DNA of 62,519 bases, counting the filler, from Trypethelium eluteriae (Eukaryota), in NCBI GenBank assembly GCA_051942245.1. It is 2 parts of 2 records of this genome, joined end to end, with 100 filler letters (N's around TTAATTAATTAA, not from the genome) between each part and the next. Parts side by side here need not be neighbours in the genome. Positions count along the whole stretch, not along the records: positions 31,366 to 62,519 come from JAVECL010000277.1; 1 more part is not named here. The stretch is one strand, 5' to 3'. Every line of letters begins with the position of its first letter. The stretch's first letter is position 1. Both the position numbers and the translations under genes were made by a program. Under the pieces are notes generated by a model. That model searched no databases. It saw only the letters and a list, made by a program, of their open reading frames with translations, and was not told where the DNA came from. Of the stretch, positions 45,696 to 58,250 are shown one piece after another.

Positions 45696-46425
45696 ATGGC
45701 ATCTGAATCTCAGGCGGCCCTCCATGCAGGTCTCAGCAGGTACTTCCGATTCCTTCTGAAGGCTTCCTGCACAGTCATCTAAGCTTTCTCTCAGTGCATT
45801 CATCGACCCGAAATATTCTGATCTGACCGTGGTATGCGGCACTCGCGAGTGGAATGTACACCGCATTATCGTGTGCTCGCAGTCCTCATTTTTCGCCAAA
45901 GCATGCGATGGAGAGTTCAAGGTACGTGATCACATGTGCTATTTCTACTGTGGTTGATTAGTATTTGCTGAAATATCACAGGAGGCTCATGAGCACAAGA
46001 TGTATTTATGGGAAGACGATCCAGATGTCGTGCATGCCATGCTCCATTACCTCTACAACTTTGACTACAATGACAAGGCTGTAGACGAGCACGGGTCTGT
46101 CTCCTGCATGCCCTTCGACATTCGCGTCTTTTGCCTTGCCCACAAATACGACATTGAGCCGCTTAAGATTTTCGCAAGGGGGCGTTTCAAAGACTTGGCG
46201 GCTCAAAGCCCTGCTGGAGATGGATTTAGCCGGGCTGTCAAGCTCTTATATGAAGGAACTGTGGATACTGGAGCTCATGAGAAGAAGATGCGTGCTGATC
46301 TCGTGGAGTACGCGAAGGCTCATTACCAGGCGCTGGTTAATGAAGATTCCGGTTTTCTGAATGTATTTGTCGATGTGCTTGGCTTTGGCGCCGATTACGC
46401 CGCGGCTTTGAAGACAAATCGATAA
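45696..46425 (+). CDS. BTB/POZ domain protein, paralog of 37727-38628; 3 exons
   Basis: [58 protein letters not shown]...[19 protein letters not shown]...HKYDIEPLK. Both intron positions match the first BTB gene. Confidence 0.88.
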
Positions 46426-46985
46426 AGAAGATCTGACATCAGAAGCGAGGTGCGCAGGGCAGCGAGAAGACGAACCCAGAAAGGTGTACCGATAATTTGT
46501 TCCCCATTAACAATGCAGGGTGGATCTCAGAACGCGTCGAGCTGGTGCTATCAGAGAAAGTATGTTACTCTGGGAGCCAGTCGCAGAGACGATTAGTAGT
46601 TACACTTCGAAGCTTGCAGTGTTCAAGATCTGGCGGACTCAGATGCGTCATTCTTTTGGTGCTTTAGTCTTCAATGATGCGGTTCACATCAGGAATCTGT
46701 AGCAAAATTTGCAATCGTATGTATCAATTGCACGGCTGTATTTGCAAATCGACTACACCATCAAGGCGCATTCGATTGTCAGCGCAGAATATTGGCTGCG
46801 GGGCCCTCGAAGTGATTCATACAAGAATGATGAGATTTGGACTAAGTGTTGGATGATTTCTGTATCAGAATCCCGCCCTCATAGCCACATGCTTCGGGAT
46901 GAGCGCCAGCCAAAATATTCTTAGTTATTCCCGCTGGCCGTCGAATGCACTTTGATGATGCATATTAGGTCTTCAAGTCGCTTCA

Positions 46986-48490
46986 TCACCCTTTAATCGT
47001 CCTCCTCTTCGAGGACCTCCTCATATCTTTTTCTCTCTCCTTCTCCAAATACTTCCTCTGCTCCTCAGCGCTCATGTTCTTCAACAGGGCATCCCTCTTC
47101 TCTTTCTTCCCCTTGTCACCCTCCAACTTCTTCTCCTCCTCCCGCTCTTTCTCCACCTCACGCTTTATCTTACGAACTTCGTCTTCACGCGTCTGCCGCA
47201 CCCTCCGCATAGCCTCTGGCCGGAATCGACCTATTGATGCAAGGTGATCCGGTATGCGTAGGAAATATTGAAAGACCGGAAGCGTAGACTGGTAGCCTGT
47301 GCCGGATGAAGGGAGTTTCATGTTGAGGCTGACGCGTTTGCGTGGAATGCAGTCATTGAGACTGTGGTAGATTAGTGGATGTCTAAAGAGATTATCTCCG
47401 GTCCAACTTACGTCTTGGGCTGATCAATGGGTTGGTCCGTCACCATGATAGCCTCAAGATCTTCCCCAGCCTCGTTAATGGCCTTGATAAAGTCATTGGT
47501 CAACAAGGCGTCCGTGATCTCCGCACTTTCACTGAGGACCATAGACCAGACTGGCAGTTTTGCATGCTCTTTGGCGCTTGTGAGCGAGAGGTCGTATCGG
47601 TCTTTTCTTAAGCGATTGATCGCATCCTTATGTACGACTGCCCATACAAATCCATCATACGAAGAATTTCCGATAGGCTTCTGATCTTCATCTTGCTGGG
47701 TGCTTAAGCGCGGAAGAAGTTGCTTTTCCTTGCCATCAAAGACATATGAGACAGCCTCCAGTCGCTCTTGTGTGGCTTGCATGCTCTCGAACACAAAGGC
47801 GAGCGCATTTTCCCCAAACCAGAGCAGCGGATTATAACGTTTGACGAGTGTCAACTTGATGTCTGTAAAGGCGACATTCTGCCGTCCTGTTGCATATGAG
47901 AGGTATTCGTTTGCGGCCTTTCCCTTCAAAAGTTCCTCAGGGTTGACGAGCTCGCTAGTAGTTCCAGCGTCTGCCGAGGACGTTTTTCGATCATCAAAAC
48001 CAATCGATGCATATTCTTGTTGAAGTATAGGAGCATGGGTCGACATCCACTGCCTTGCTCGTCGCCGGTTCGCTCTCGTTCCCCAGTAGTGAATGAACAA
48101 TATTATCAGGAGAAACGGCATAAGGAATATCTCCTGATAGAAATCCGCCAAAGTAGTCCGCTCCCAAACACGGTACCATTTTGTATACGGTCGAGAGTTT
48201 GACGCGTATCGCGGAGTTCCGAGAAGGGCTGCAAGTCCTGATCGCGCGGTGGGAGAAGAAGCTGCACCACTTTCACTGGCAGCTATGGAAGCTGTAGCAG
48301 CAGTTATTGAGATCGGAGATGGATCTGGGGCTCCAGCGAAGTCGGCGAAGTCTGATTTAATCCCAAGTTAGGATATAAAATAAGTTTCAAGTATCAATGG
48401 CTTTGCATTACCTGCGTCGTCTGCCGAAGGCGCAACACTCGGAGCGCTTGAGCTTGCACCACCCAGAATATTTTTCAAGAAGTCCGCCAT
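46986..48490 (-). CDS. CCDC47/DUF1682-family ER membrane protein (PAT complex subunit-like); 3 exons
   Basis: Exons 48412-48490, 47412-48351 and 46986-47361. DDADFADFAGAPDP, TM helix followed by WGTRANRRRA, YATGRQNVAF, LSESAEIT, TDQP, and a charged tail ending MSAEEQRKYLEKE. Confidence 0.88.
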
Positions 48491-49816
48491 TCTGTTCCAA
48501 GAGCTTTATGGCACCCTCCTTCCCCTCGCTTTAAGCCACACAGCTCTTTGGTGGCGCACGCTGTGACAGTGTGATGGACTGCTTGGTAGGGACGCGACGC
48601 GGCTGCAAAGGTAAAGCGTGGGGAAAGTTGGGTGGTTGGGGAGAGCTTTAAGCCTTGCCAAACTACTGCAAAAATCGCGTGCCCACCTAATAAGTATTGT
48701 GGCCTGAAGCGGCACCAGAGACTGAGCCGCTTCCCGCCCAGTGTGAATGGGCAAGTACAATCATGTGGGGCTTTTTTCTGCAGACAGATTTTCAACTTAG
48801 ACGGATTACGCTTCTGCGCTACCATGCGGAACGACGGTAGGAGGTCGAAAGACAGGTAGAGACCCCCAATTTCTCGCGACAAAGATCTAAGACAGATTCA
48901 ACGATCTATGGATTGATATTTCTAGCTATACAGATAATTGAGACATCCCAAGAAGTCCATTGTGCTTGCGGATTGTCCGAGGTATCTTCACTGCGTGGTG
49001 GCCTTCTACCCGCCAGCGTCTATCCTTTTGAGAACCATGTTTTATGCCCCTGTCAATGCCCAATTAGCACCGGATTGTCGAACAGCGAGCGCTTTGTATA
49101 ATAAGGGAGGAAAGCCTTGAAAACCATACCATCGTGAGTCTGCCCATGGCATACATCACCGCTGAAGTAGTGTTAGCCAGCTTTTTCAAACCAAGGATCC
49201 CAGAGGACGCTTACCAGCAAAGTTGCCCCAAAGTAGAACATAGTATGGGTACAGCAGATACTTGCTCCTTGGCGTCTGTGAAACATTATGCATTAGACCT
49301 GAGATGCTTGACGTTGTCTCTGCCTCCGCACCTGCTCCCATTGTCTCTTGCCATCATGACTTTGGAATAGGCGTTGGTAGTGTGGAACGTTGTTCGGACG
49401 GTTAACAAACCAACTAGAGCAGAAAGATGAGTTAGTAAAGAAGTCCTTATGAAGTGCAGAGAGCAACTGTAAATCCAACAAAAGGCATGGCGTGAGCTTT
49501 ACCCAGTTCCTGGTTTTGATGCAAAGCGACCGAGGGTAGCCCGCATCCTTAACAATCGAATGCAGATCCGGTATCAAGCTTTAAGTGGTGATTCTGTGTT
49601 CAATGAGAGCTTGGAGTGGAGGTTTCTTACTCAAAGGCGACAAGGTTGTCCGAGGAGAAAGTGATTACATAACCCGGTTCAGAAAGTCCGACTCTCTGGA
49701 AGACATCCACGATCCCCAGTCTTCAGCGCCAAAATTTGCGCCGACCGCCTCATTCGAGGGTCCCGTCTCGCTAACATGTGCCCGGATCGAGGAGCACCTA
49801 GTTTTTCCTGAAGGTT

Positions 49817-52465
49817 ATGCCAGTCGCGCCGTCATGGGCCTTATTCGCGCGATTAGAGCAACAGGTCCTATATCGACAAATTTTTACTGGCCCACATCGC
49901 ACACTCCCCCTTCTTCGAACATTCGAGAGTGCGGATAATCACAGACAGACAAGAGGTGCAGCTTCTGCCTCAGCTGCAATAGCACCACTTGACAGGACCG
50001 ATAATGACGACGGCATCATACCAATTCCGACTTTGGTCCACTCTTCCAAGAGCTCCAGTGTTCTTTCTGCACGCGATGTCCCCATTTCAATGCCTCTGCT
50101 CAAGCTGTATAGTCACCGACTGCAGACCTTAAAAGATAATGCTGACCGCGAGGGTCTTCTCGGGTTGTGGAAGGAGGTCAAAAGGGAAAATATCCGAATA
50201 ACACCGTTCAGCATTGATGGAAGAGACCTTTGGTACCAATTCCTACAGGCTGGCGTGGAAAATAGAGAACTGCTCGAAGACTTATTTAAATACGCATTGG
50301 AGCAAAAGGAGCAGTCAGGATCCTTTCATCTAGGATTCTATGAGACAGTCGTATCCTCTTTTCTCGTAAAGGGGCGTGGACGGCTAGCCTACGAATGGCA
50401 CAAAATCGTCAAGTCAGCGTGTTCTACACCAAAGAGAAGCTTTCTCTCATTATTGGGACAGCTCAAAATCAACATTGGCCTTTTGAGTAAAACATCGAAT
50501 GACTCTCTGCAGCAAATCTATAAAGAAGGCGATGAACGCGATCTTTATGATATCATTGTCCCTTCTCTTTGTGGGGCCAAAAAATACAAGCGAGCGTTCC
50601 ACTGGCACAAATTTCTGCTTAAAAACAACGACTTTCCGTCGCCTGAGGTGGCCAAAGATCCACAAGTCGGCGCAATGCTCAAGGATCGTATCATAGCACT
50701 TTCCGCGGGCCCAACTAGGGCAGATGGTGTCAATGATACTCATACTACTCTCCAGGATGACAGCCAGTCTAAGAATATTACTTCAGATTTTGGACAAGAA
50801 GACAGCAGCAATGAGCTTCACCAGCTGGACATGACAAGGGAAGCCATGAATCGGCATCTCGGCGAAGTACACGGCGTGACGGAAAAGCATATTAGTGACG
50901 AGTTTTGCGCCCGGCTCTTCGCGACAAGAATGTTTCCAGTCAATGTGGTGATTAGTGGCCTTGCCTTAATTGGAGCAGACGTCTTGGGACCTACCGCCTT
51001 GAGAGAACTTGCCGTCAGAGCCTCTGACCGCAAAGCGTTCCTTAGCAGTTTGAACGCTCTCAAAGAAGTCAAAATCTCTATAAAGCCCTGCGTCTATTCC
51101 CATCTGATTTTGAGAGCGGCCTACGAGGAATCCGACGATCTATTTCAAAGTATTGTGACTACTGATCAGCACCCGGATGTCTTCGAAGATATTGGATTGC
51201 AACACAAGCTACTTCACTCGTACATTGCGCGTAAGGACTGGCTTCAGGCTCACAGGACCTTAATGATAATAGCCCTTCTCCGACCTGTTCAACCATTCCA
51301 ACCATCTCCAGTAGGGTCGGCATGGAATTTCGTAGTGAGCTCAAATACCGCTCGAGCTCGGCACCCATCAATCACCCACCTTGTCAACCAATTGCGCGTG
51401 AATCGAATATCGATGGATCATTTTGCTTTGACGTCCATTCGTCAAAGATACTTGAAGGCCTTCCTACCGCGACGTCCAGACCTTTATAACAATCTCAACC
51501 GACGCCATGAAATCGCGGATCCTGCAGACCTCTCATTAGTCCTCAATGTATTCCTACGGGCGCATGTAAGTGCTCGCCCACTTTCACCACGTACGTGGAG
51601 GGGAATAATTATACGACTTGGCATGCTTGGACGATACCAGGAACTCGCAAGGCTCAGCGCCTGGCTGACTCTGACTTATTCCCGAAATGCTGCACCCACG
51701 ACAAACAATCATGACCATGCTGGCGTCATGGTTGAGACAGGCCCTGAGCCACCCGGTTTCAATGATCAGGATCTCCCCTCAAATCCTTTGCCCCATCGAG
51801 ATGAGACCGGACCTGCTCCTCCGGTAATCGCAGAGAGCAAGAGACAAAGTGCATTGCAGATCATATTTTCAAATAGCACCCAGTTCAGCATCGTCGCCTG
51901 GGGTATGCTCGGTCTGCTGCCCCGGGCCGAGAAATTCGTCCGCGAAAAATCCGCCGATTGGTTCTCCAATACCAAAACCCCCGACTGCGAGCTTTGGGCC
52001 TGTGGTATTAAATTGCTGAAAGTTCTCCAAGACCATGGTGCACCCATACACACTAGCGTCGTCCGCTCAATCGTCCAAGATCGCTTGTGGATGCTGTTTG
52101 GCACTATGAACTTCACACGGTGGGAGAACCGGCAAGCGAGCGAGCACAATCCACATTCATTGGCACATATGGTCAACCACGTGAATGACATTGTCTGGCC
52201 TGGCTTATTCGAGGACATAGCGCCGTTCCTGCTTGACGAGAAGAATGAGTGGTCGGAGGACTTGTTTCATACTGTCTTTCGAGGGCAGCTTTTGAAAAGG
52301 GAGACTTTCTGGGAGAGTAAGGGAAAGTACCGAATGTGGAAGTGGGGGTCACCATTTAAGACGTATCGGGCCCGGTTGAGGACTCGTCCAAAGCGTCGTT
52401 GGCTTTCGTCTGTCAAAGGCGTCAAGTTTGTTAAGAATTCGTACATGGGTCAGAAGCAATTGTGA
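49817..52465 (+). CDS. Probable mitochondrial pentatricopeptide-repeat-like helical protein
   Basis: 882-aa intronless ORF with a basic N-terminus and helical repeats (LYDIIVPSLCGAKKYKRAFHWHKFLLKNNDFP, SDEFCARLFATR, DQHPDVFED, TWRGIIIRLGMLGR) recalled from fungal PPR-domain proteins. Confidence 0.7.
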   Translation: MPVAPSWALFARLEQQVLYRQIFTGPHRTLPLLRTFESADNHRQTRGAASASAAIAPLDRTDNDDGIIPIPTLVHSSKSSSVLSARDVPISMPLLKLYSHRLQTLKDNADREGLLGLWKEVKRENIRITPFSIDGRDLWYQFLQAGVENRELLEDLFKYALEQKEQSGSFHLGFYETVVSSFLVKGRGRLAYEWHKIVKSACSTPKRSFLSLLGQLKINIGLLSKTSNDSLQQIYKEGDERDLYDIIVPSLCGAKKYKRAFHWHKFLLKNNDFPSPEVAKDPQVGAMLKDRIIALSAGPTRADGVNDTHTTLQDDSQSKNITSDFGQEDSSNELHQLDMTREAMNRHLGEVHGVTEKHISDEFCARLFATRMFPVNVVISGLALIGADVLGPTALRELAVRASDRKAFLSSLNALKEVKISIKPCVYSHLILRAAYEESDDLFQSIVTTDQHPDVFEDIGLQHKLLHSYIARKDWLQAHRTLMIIALLRPVQPFQPSPVGSAWNFVVSSNTARARHPSITHLVNQLRVNRISMDHFALTSIRQRYLKAFLPRRPDLYNNLNRRHEIADPADLSLVLNVFLRAHVSARPLSPRTWRGIIIRLGMLGRYQELARLSAWLTLTYSRNAAPTTNNHDHAGVMVETGPEPPGFNDQDLPSNPLPHRDETGPAPPVIAESKRQSALQIIFSNSTQFSIVAWGMLGLLPRAEKFVREKSADWFSNTKTPDCELWACGIKLLKVLQDHGAPIHTSVVRSIVQDRLWMLFGTMNFTRWENRQASEHNPHSLAHMVNHVNDIVWPGLFEDIAPFLLDEKNEWSEDLFHTVFRGQLLKRETFWESKGKYRMWKWGSPFKTYRARLRTRPKRRWLSSVKGVKFVKNSYMGQKQL

Positions 52466-52848
52466 TACCATTTTCATTTCACAAAGGGAGATATGCTAGA
52501 TGTAGGATAGATACCCCATGATTGTTGTAAGATAAACGTTTTTGAAGTCTCATTAGCACTATCCTATGTGATTCTTCCGATCAAAAATACAATCGTGCTC
52601 GCTAGTTCGCTTAGAGAAGAGAGGACAGCCGCCGAGAAGCAAACTCTCTATACCAGCAAAACGCCAAGGTTCCCACCGCCCAAGTCTGGGAAGGGCAGGC
52701 AAATATTACAACCACTGCCTCGCAGCAATCCGGCGTCCCTCATATTCATCACGGGTATCGGTATCGTAACAACATAATCTCCCTCCCCAACCAGCTTTTT
52801 CCCATCTCCTCAAACGATACAGTCACAACGATAGCAATCGAAAACACA

Positions 52849-54588
52849 TTAAGAGCTCGTATACGCGGGCGGCGGACCCTCACACGCCTCCGCCTCCCTC
52901 CTCGTCCACATATTCCGCCCATTATGCTCCTTCTCCTCCTGCACCTTCCGCGCAATCTCCGTCGCCATCTTCATCATCCACGCCTGCTCTAGTATGCCTC
53001 CCGACGACGACTGGATAAACTCCGTCGAGCCCATGGGCGGCCGCGACGTGAGCCACGACGGCCGCTGCTTCTCCGAGAGGCGCGGGCGCGACTTTGACGG
53101 CGAGGACGACGTCAGCGCATTCCTCGTGCTCGAGACGAAATTCCGTTCGTCGAGGGGTGGTGCGGATGTGCCGCGAGCGGTTGCAACAGGCGTGGCGTCT
53201 ACGTCTCTGGTGCCTGCAGCGTTTTTCTTGGGTGTAGAAGGGGTTTGACGCTGGGTATCGCGACCGCGCTCTTCGGAGGCGTTCTCGGCCTCGGACGACC
53301 TGAACTTCACGCCTTTCCGGGGCGATTGTGGTGGTGTCTGCAGCTCGCCTTCTCTTTCTGCCTTCTCTACGATGACGGCCACGGGGTCGGAGAGCGGCCA
53401 GCTCGGTGCGCTTGTCGAAGCTGCGTTGCTGGAGGCTTCGGTGCTGACACTGGCGGTGTCGCTGACATCTGCGGAGCTCGTGCCCGAGCGTCGGAGGTTG
53501 ACAACGCGGTGCTTCCGCTTCCGGCCGGGATGTCCCCGAGACCGACTGTAGTTGCTGCCGAGTCCGGAATGCATGGTCGATAAGCTGGTGAGAGAGGGAC
53601 GAGATGGAATTGAGACACCGTCGTAGCTTTGTGATAGGGTTTGGGCTGATGCTGTGCTGGCGGTATAAGAATGGGCTCGAGAGAAGGTGGACCCGACAAG
53701 CTGTGGTGTCCCAAAGCCGTTGTTCTCTGCCCTTTCAGAGCTGCCTGCCCATGCACGAAAGACAGTTTCTTTCATTGACGGCGTGAAGAGAGATAAGGTG
53801 CGTTGAGACTCAGTTAGAGTAGCGAGGCGAAGGAGGTTCTTTTGGGAGAATGATGCGTATGTTTCGGTAGATGACGAGTCGGAGTTAAATGGAGAGTTTT
53901 GAAAGGGATCCACAGGATCAGATGCAGAGGACGATAGAGGGTCAACTCTCGCAGTAGAGTTTTCCATGCTTAGGGTTTCATCGGAGCCTTGGTATTCTGG
54001 TACAAAGAGACGAAGTGATAGTCGATGTATTATTGCAGGGAGATCCTCCATGAAGAGTACCCTCAATTGGCCCTCAATTTCCTTCTGTAAATAATCTCTC
54101 ACAAATGGGATTGAGTCAAAGGTTGAAGAAACCTTGAGTGATTCCAGGGGATCATTCCGGAAAACCAGTGTGATGCCTTTTTGCCGAGAGAACACTAAAA
54201 CCACGAAACCCGATAACCTTATATCCGACAACGTGATCTGAAGCGGTATCGTAAGGCTTGAAGAAGCTGCTAGCGGTTGTGGCGATGCAAAGCTGGGTCT
54301 TGTGGACAGGTAGGTGTTCAGAGGATTGGCCTGTACTCTGGTTTTGAGCGTCAAAAACGCATCCCCCGAATATGACATCCTGAATATTCCTCGGAATCTG
54401 TCTTCTGCCAGGTCTCCAATCTCCAAAATCTCCAGCTCTGGTGGGACTGAACCCAGATTGAGCTCGTTGACAATGATATCGTCGACGATAATCGGAGGCT
54501 TCGGTGATTTGTTCAGAGCCGTCGTCAGCATGTCCCGCGCCCGTGAGGTATCGGCGATAAGTGGTGACCAGTTGAAGTTGAAGGCCAT
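52849..54588 (-). CDS. MDM34: ERMES complex subunit Mdm34 (Mmm2)
   Basis: Starts [10 protein letters not shown]...[44 protein letters not shown] (SMP domain); has [11 protein letters not shown] and a C-terminal PPAY motif. Confidence 0.97.
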   Translation of the reverse strand: MAFNFNWSPLIADTSRARDMLTTALNKSPKPPIIVDDIIVNELNLGSVPPELEILEIGDLAEDRFRGIFRMSYSGDAFLTLKTRVQANPLNTYLSTRPSFASPQPLAASSSLTIPLQITLSDIRLSGFVVLVFSRQKGITLVFRNDPLESLKVSSTFDSIPFVRDYLQKEIEGQLRVLFMEDLPAIIHRLSLRLFVPEYQGSDETLSMENSTARVDPLSSSASDPVDPFQNSPFNSDSSSTETYASFSQKNLLRLATLTESQRTLSLFTPSMKETVFRAWAGSSERAENNGFGTPQLVGSTFSRAHSYTASTASAQTLSQSYDGVSIPSRPSLTSLSTMHSGLGSNYSRSRGHPGRKRKHRVVNLRRSGTSSADVSDTASVSTEASSNAASTSAPSWPLSDPVAVIVEKAEREGELQTPPQSPRKGVKFRSSEAENASEERGRDTQRQTPSTPKKNAAGTRDVDATPVATARGTSAPPLDERNFVSSTRNALTSSSPSKSRPRLSEKQRPSWLTSRPPMGSTEFIQSSSGGILEQAWMMKMATEIARKVQEEKEHNGRNMWTRREAEACEGPPPAYTSS

Positions 54589-55113
54589 GATTGCGACTTG
54601 GAGCCGTGACACTCCTGCGTTAATTATTCCGTTACCGCTTTCTGTAAGAAGTGTTTACTATCGATCGCGGGTTGCTTGGCGAGTCGAGGTGTCGTAGGAA
54701 CGCCATCAGACGACAATTTTTGCGCAAGAGCAAAAGGGGATCGTGAGAGGGATCATCGAGAGGGTCGCGTTTGTTGTGGGAAATAGCAGGTTGGGAATAA
54801 TTACAGGGAAGGGTGAAGAAGCCGAAATTATCGGGACTCTGGGAAGCGTTCCTTGGAAAGGCGTACGTCAGTGCATCATCTGCGCTAGCCGAGGAGGTTC
54901 ATAAGCCGAAATCCTTTTCTACGCAGAATAAATTCGAGAATAATATGTTAATATTATGTATCGTACTGATGCTAAGCCCTCCTGGGCGCTCTGTAGGTTT
55001 CGAGAGTAGACTAGCAGAAGAAGCATAATTCTCTATTTTCCATCCTGGCGTTGTTGAGATCAGACGCTTGATTTTGAGCACCACTTACAGGACCAGACAA
55101 ATCACATGTCTTC

Positions 55114-55515
55114 TTATTCCGGATCTCTGTCTGCCTCAAGTAGCTTGTTGACTGCAGAAACTTTATCCTCAAATGACTGGTGCTTGTCCGTCCTCGAGCC
55201 TACTCGAATATCTGACTGAATCCTCAGGATGCCTTGCTCGTGAAGCATCACATGTGCTTGGCCGATGACCTTCATGCACTCGTCCCATGACCCTTCTATC
55301 ATTGAACTTCAGCCGAATTCAATGCAAGGAACCATGACCGAAAGATTACCTAGAGTAGTTCCAGCGGAGTGCATAGAATACTTCAACCCGCTGTCTTTCA
55401 GCAGCCTTTGCACATTGGCCACCTCCTTAGAGACAGATGCCGTTGGGGTTCCGATTGGGATGAGGCAAAAGTCAGCCGTGCATTGAGAAGGGGTCGCAAG
55501 TTGTAGCTTTGACAT
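55114..55515 (-). CDS. ECM15: UPF0045/ECM15-like (YkoF-type thiamine-binding fold) protein
   Basis: CTADFCLIPIGTPTASVSKEVANVQRLL..SGLKYSMHSAGTTLEGSWDECM..IGQAH..LH..G..RIQSDIRVGSRTDK. Intron 55296-55349. Confidence 0.9.
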
Positions 55516-56316
55516 GCTGACACCAGACTTGGATGGGGTTGTAGTTGGAATATGTTACTAAGGTAGTTTTATTGCGATACGGAAGCGAAATAATTGTCAG
55601 AGTTGTCGCGTCGTTTTGGTTTGGTAAAAAAAAAAACCTGCATAAGCAAATTATCATAGCGACGGGATCACAAAAATTTCTCTTGGACCTCCGCTGGCTA
55701 GTTGATGCCTACTACAAGAACACTCCAATTCTCGCGCACTGCTTACCAAAGATGTCAAGGCTCATGGCAATAGCTTAAGCTGCCAAGTTGGCCCCCTCAA
55801 TACAGCTCTGAATCTCGCCACCTTATTCTACGCGAAGATTATTAGTTTCGATCTTGATAGCTAATAAGACTCGAAGAGTGCGTTCGTCTACGGACTACGA
55901 CATCTCTTTCGAGTTCTGCCGTGCTCTTTATAGGGAGGTAGGTTCGCATCTTCAGAGGTTATTGCCATCGAGCTTAGTTAACAACCTTGATAGAGCAAAC
56001 CTTGGATGCGACTTCTTCTACACTGCACACGATGGCTGGGGGAAGTGATCAGGAATCTTTTATCCGGCAGTCACCCTGAAGAAACGAGACCAAGAGGGCA
56101 GTCCTCGACACAGTGATTTACAACGATCCTTCGATTATTAGAGTTAATCTTATTGTTCCTGTACAAATCTGCTTGGTGGCCTTCTGACATTACTCTGCGC
56201 TTACCTCCGGATGCGCCTGCCATCAGATGTTCCTTAATAGTGTACGCCAATCTTTCTGGATAGAACATCATTCTCCATTCTCTATCCTTTTGGAACACAC
56301 ATAACGCATACCCAAA

Positions 56317-57588
56317 ATGGCACTAATTACACCATGGTTTACTGTCAAATCGCCGGGCGGCAGACATAGCTTCACAGCATATAACACCCTGGACAGCCGA
56401 ATCCCCACTCCTCAAGGATCTGTTTCTACTGTCTTCAGACAGTCCGTAGGGGAAGCCAGGAATCTGTGTTATCCCGTACAGATACGCTACCTAGCTGAGG
56501 TAAATTTACGTCACAGGTTAAGGAGTGTGAAACTGATGTATTTGAAGGGAGCAGCGAACTTCGTGTTTGAGTTATTACCGCTCACGGAAATCGGATTTCT
56601 TCCGGAGGAGATCAAAGGCAAGCTTCTGAGAATCAGGAAGTCTAATCCCGCAAATACGAGTACAGCCGAAAGCTGGTGGGCGTATAACAACCGCTTCCTG
56701 CCTCTTCTTGGCAAAGAAAATGTTATTGAGTACGAGCTAGTTGACATTAGCGACGGCATGCACAAGCTGTGCACGATGGAGCTACAGCGTGCAGACGAGG
56801 ATGGCAGACGGAAGTACCAAGTGGGAGCTGGGATTGATTTTGTGAGTCCCACAACTTCTAGAATCGGCGTTTGCGCAAAATGGTGAGCCGAAGCTGATCC
56901 ATCGTTGATACTACAGGAAGACATGCTTGGCTTGCTCATGCCGAATATGAAAGTCTCTCTTGACATAGGACTTTCTGGAGAATTTAAACCGAAGTGGTTA
57001 CGCCAATCCCACGATGCGCCGATGGATGCTACCAGGTGCCGCACTTGTGCAATAACCGCCAGCAGAGGGAAAGAGTTGTCCTTCTGCCCCCTAAAGCTTG
57101 CTTCCGATTCAGAAGAGGAGCGCGCGGAGGCAATATCAGGCATTGTCAAAGAACTCATTAGGAGCTGGGCCAGAAATCCTTGGGACCCAACACTAGACTT
57201 ATTCAAAACGCATAGACCGCCGGACGATGTACAGTCCCGCTTGGAAACTTTCTTCTCTCTCGAAGGACGACACCTAATTCAGCAGTTGAAGAAGCTCCAG
57301 GACGAGTGGGACAGAACAGGGCTTTTCGCTGGTGACAAAGATCCCGGCTACTCTAATGTCGATCCTGATTATCCACTTGCCATGACACTCCGTGACTGCA
57401 CTATTTTTTTGAAAATTCCCAAGAATGGCTGGGAACCCATCGAGGCTCGGTTGGGGGATCTAGACATGAAATCTCCCAAAAAGCTACTCCAATGGTATGA
57501 GAAAGAGCATGGCCTGGTAACTGGAGGCTGGTACACGGCGAAAGACGCTTTTCGAAAAGATTGCCAGTTGGCCAAGAGGATCCCTTAG
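56317..57588 (+). CDS. IPK1: Inositol-pentakisphosphate 2-kinase
   Basis: YLAE|GAAN is restored by removing intron 56500-56547. Also KLLRIRK, EFKPKWL.QS, RCRTCA, FCPL.L, AMTLRDCTIF and RLGDLDMK. Second intron 56842-56916. Start codon uncertain. Confidence 0.85.
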
Positions 57589-57647
57589 AGTTGTGAAGAA
57601 AAGCTGGCTGTTGTTCAGGCAGGTCTGATATTTCCAATCACCTTCAC

Positions 57648-58250
57648 TTAATTGCGTTTGACTTCAAAAAGTTCGCTGGCAAGCTTTTCAACGTTGGGGT
57701 CTTTGATTTCCTGCAAAGCATTCTTGATGGCGGACAGTGTTTGCTCAGATAGACCTTTATCGGTTCTTGAATACACATCGATACCCGCTGGGGTGAACAA
57801 AGTCTTTGCAAAGTATGTCACAGCCCATTGCGATTTGCCCGTTTTGGCCGTGTCGGTCGCGTCCCCTTCTGAACCAGGCTCAACTCCCCACCCAAGCACT
57901 TCCCAATGACTGGAGGCGATTTTTAGTAGGCCTTTGCCGCGCCAATCCCACGCTCCACCCCCTGGACCTGCAGCCGTGTCAATACCATGGACTTCCTTGA
58001 CTTTGTCAGAATCCAAAGGCTGGTACGAGACGAGGTCATCAAGCTGATTTGACGTGTTGTTGGTATCATCATGTTTTGGGTTGTTCGGCAAGATTGTGTA
58101 TGTGATGCGAACATTCCTCTTGCTCTTCCACATGGGTAGAGTCGAATGCGTGACCGTCCACGTCCCCTTGAGCCAGTCAAGAGACGGCGGATGAAAGTCA
58201 TCTGGCTGAGGCAGCTGACTGGCAGTGGGTGGTCGCAAGGTCACAGCCAT
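57648..58250 (-). CDS. Conserved hypothetical protein, lipocalin-like beta-barrel
   Basis: WLKGTWTVTHSTLPMWK..RNVRITY, WDWRGKGLLKIASSHWEVLGWG, WAVTYFAKTLFTPAGIDVYSR. First ATG at 58250. Confidence 0.8.
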   Translation of the reverse strand: MAVTLRPPTASQLPQPDDFHPPSLDWLKGTWTVTHSTLPMWKSKRNVRITYTILPNNPKHDDTNNTSNQLDDLVSYQPLDSDKVKEVHGIDTAAGPGGGAWDWRGKGLLKIASSHWEVLGWGVEPGSEGDATDTAKTGKSQWAVTYFAKTLFTPAGIDVYSRTDKGLSEQTLSAIKNALQEIKDPNVEKLASELFEVKRN

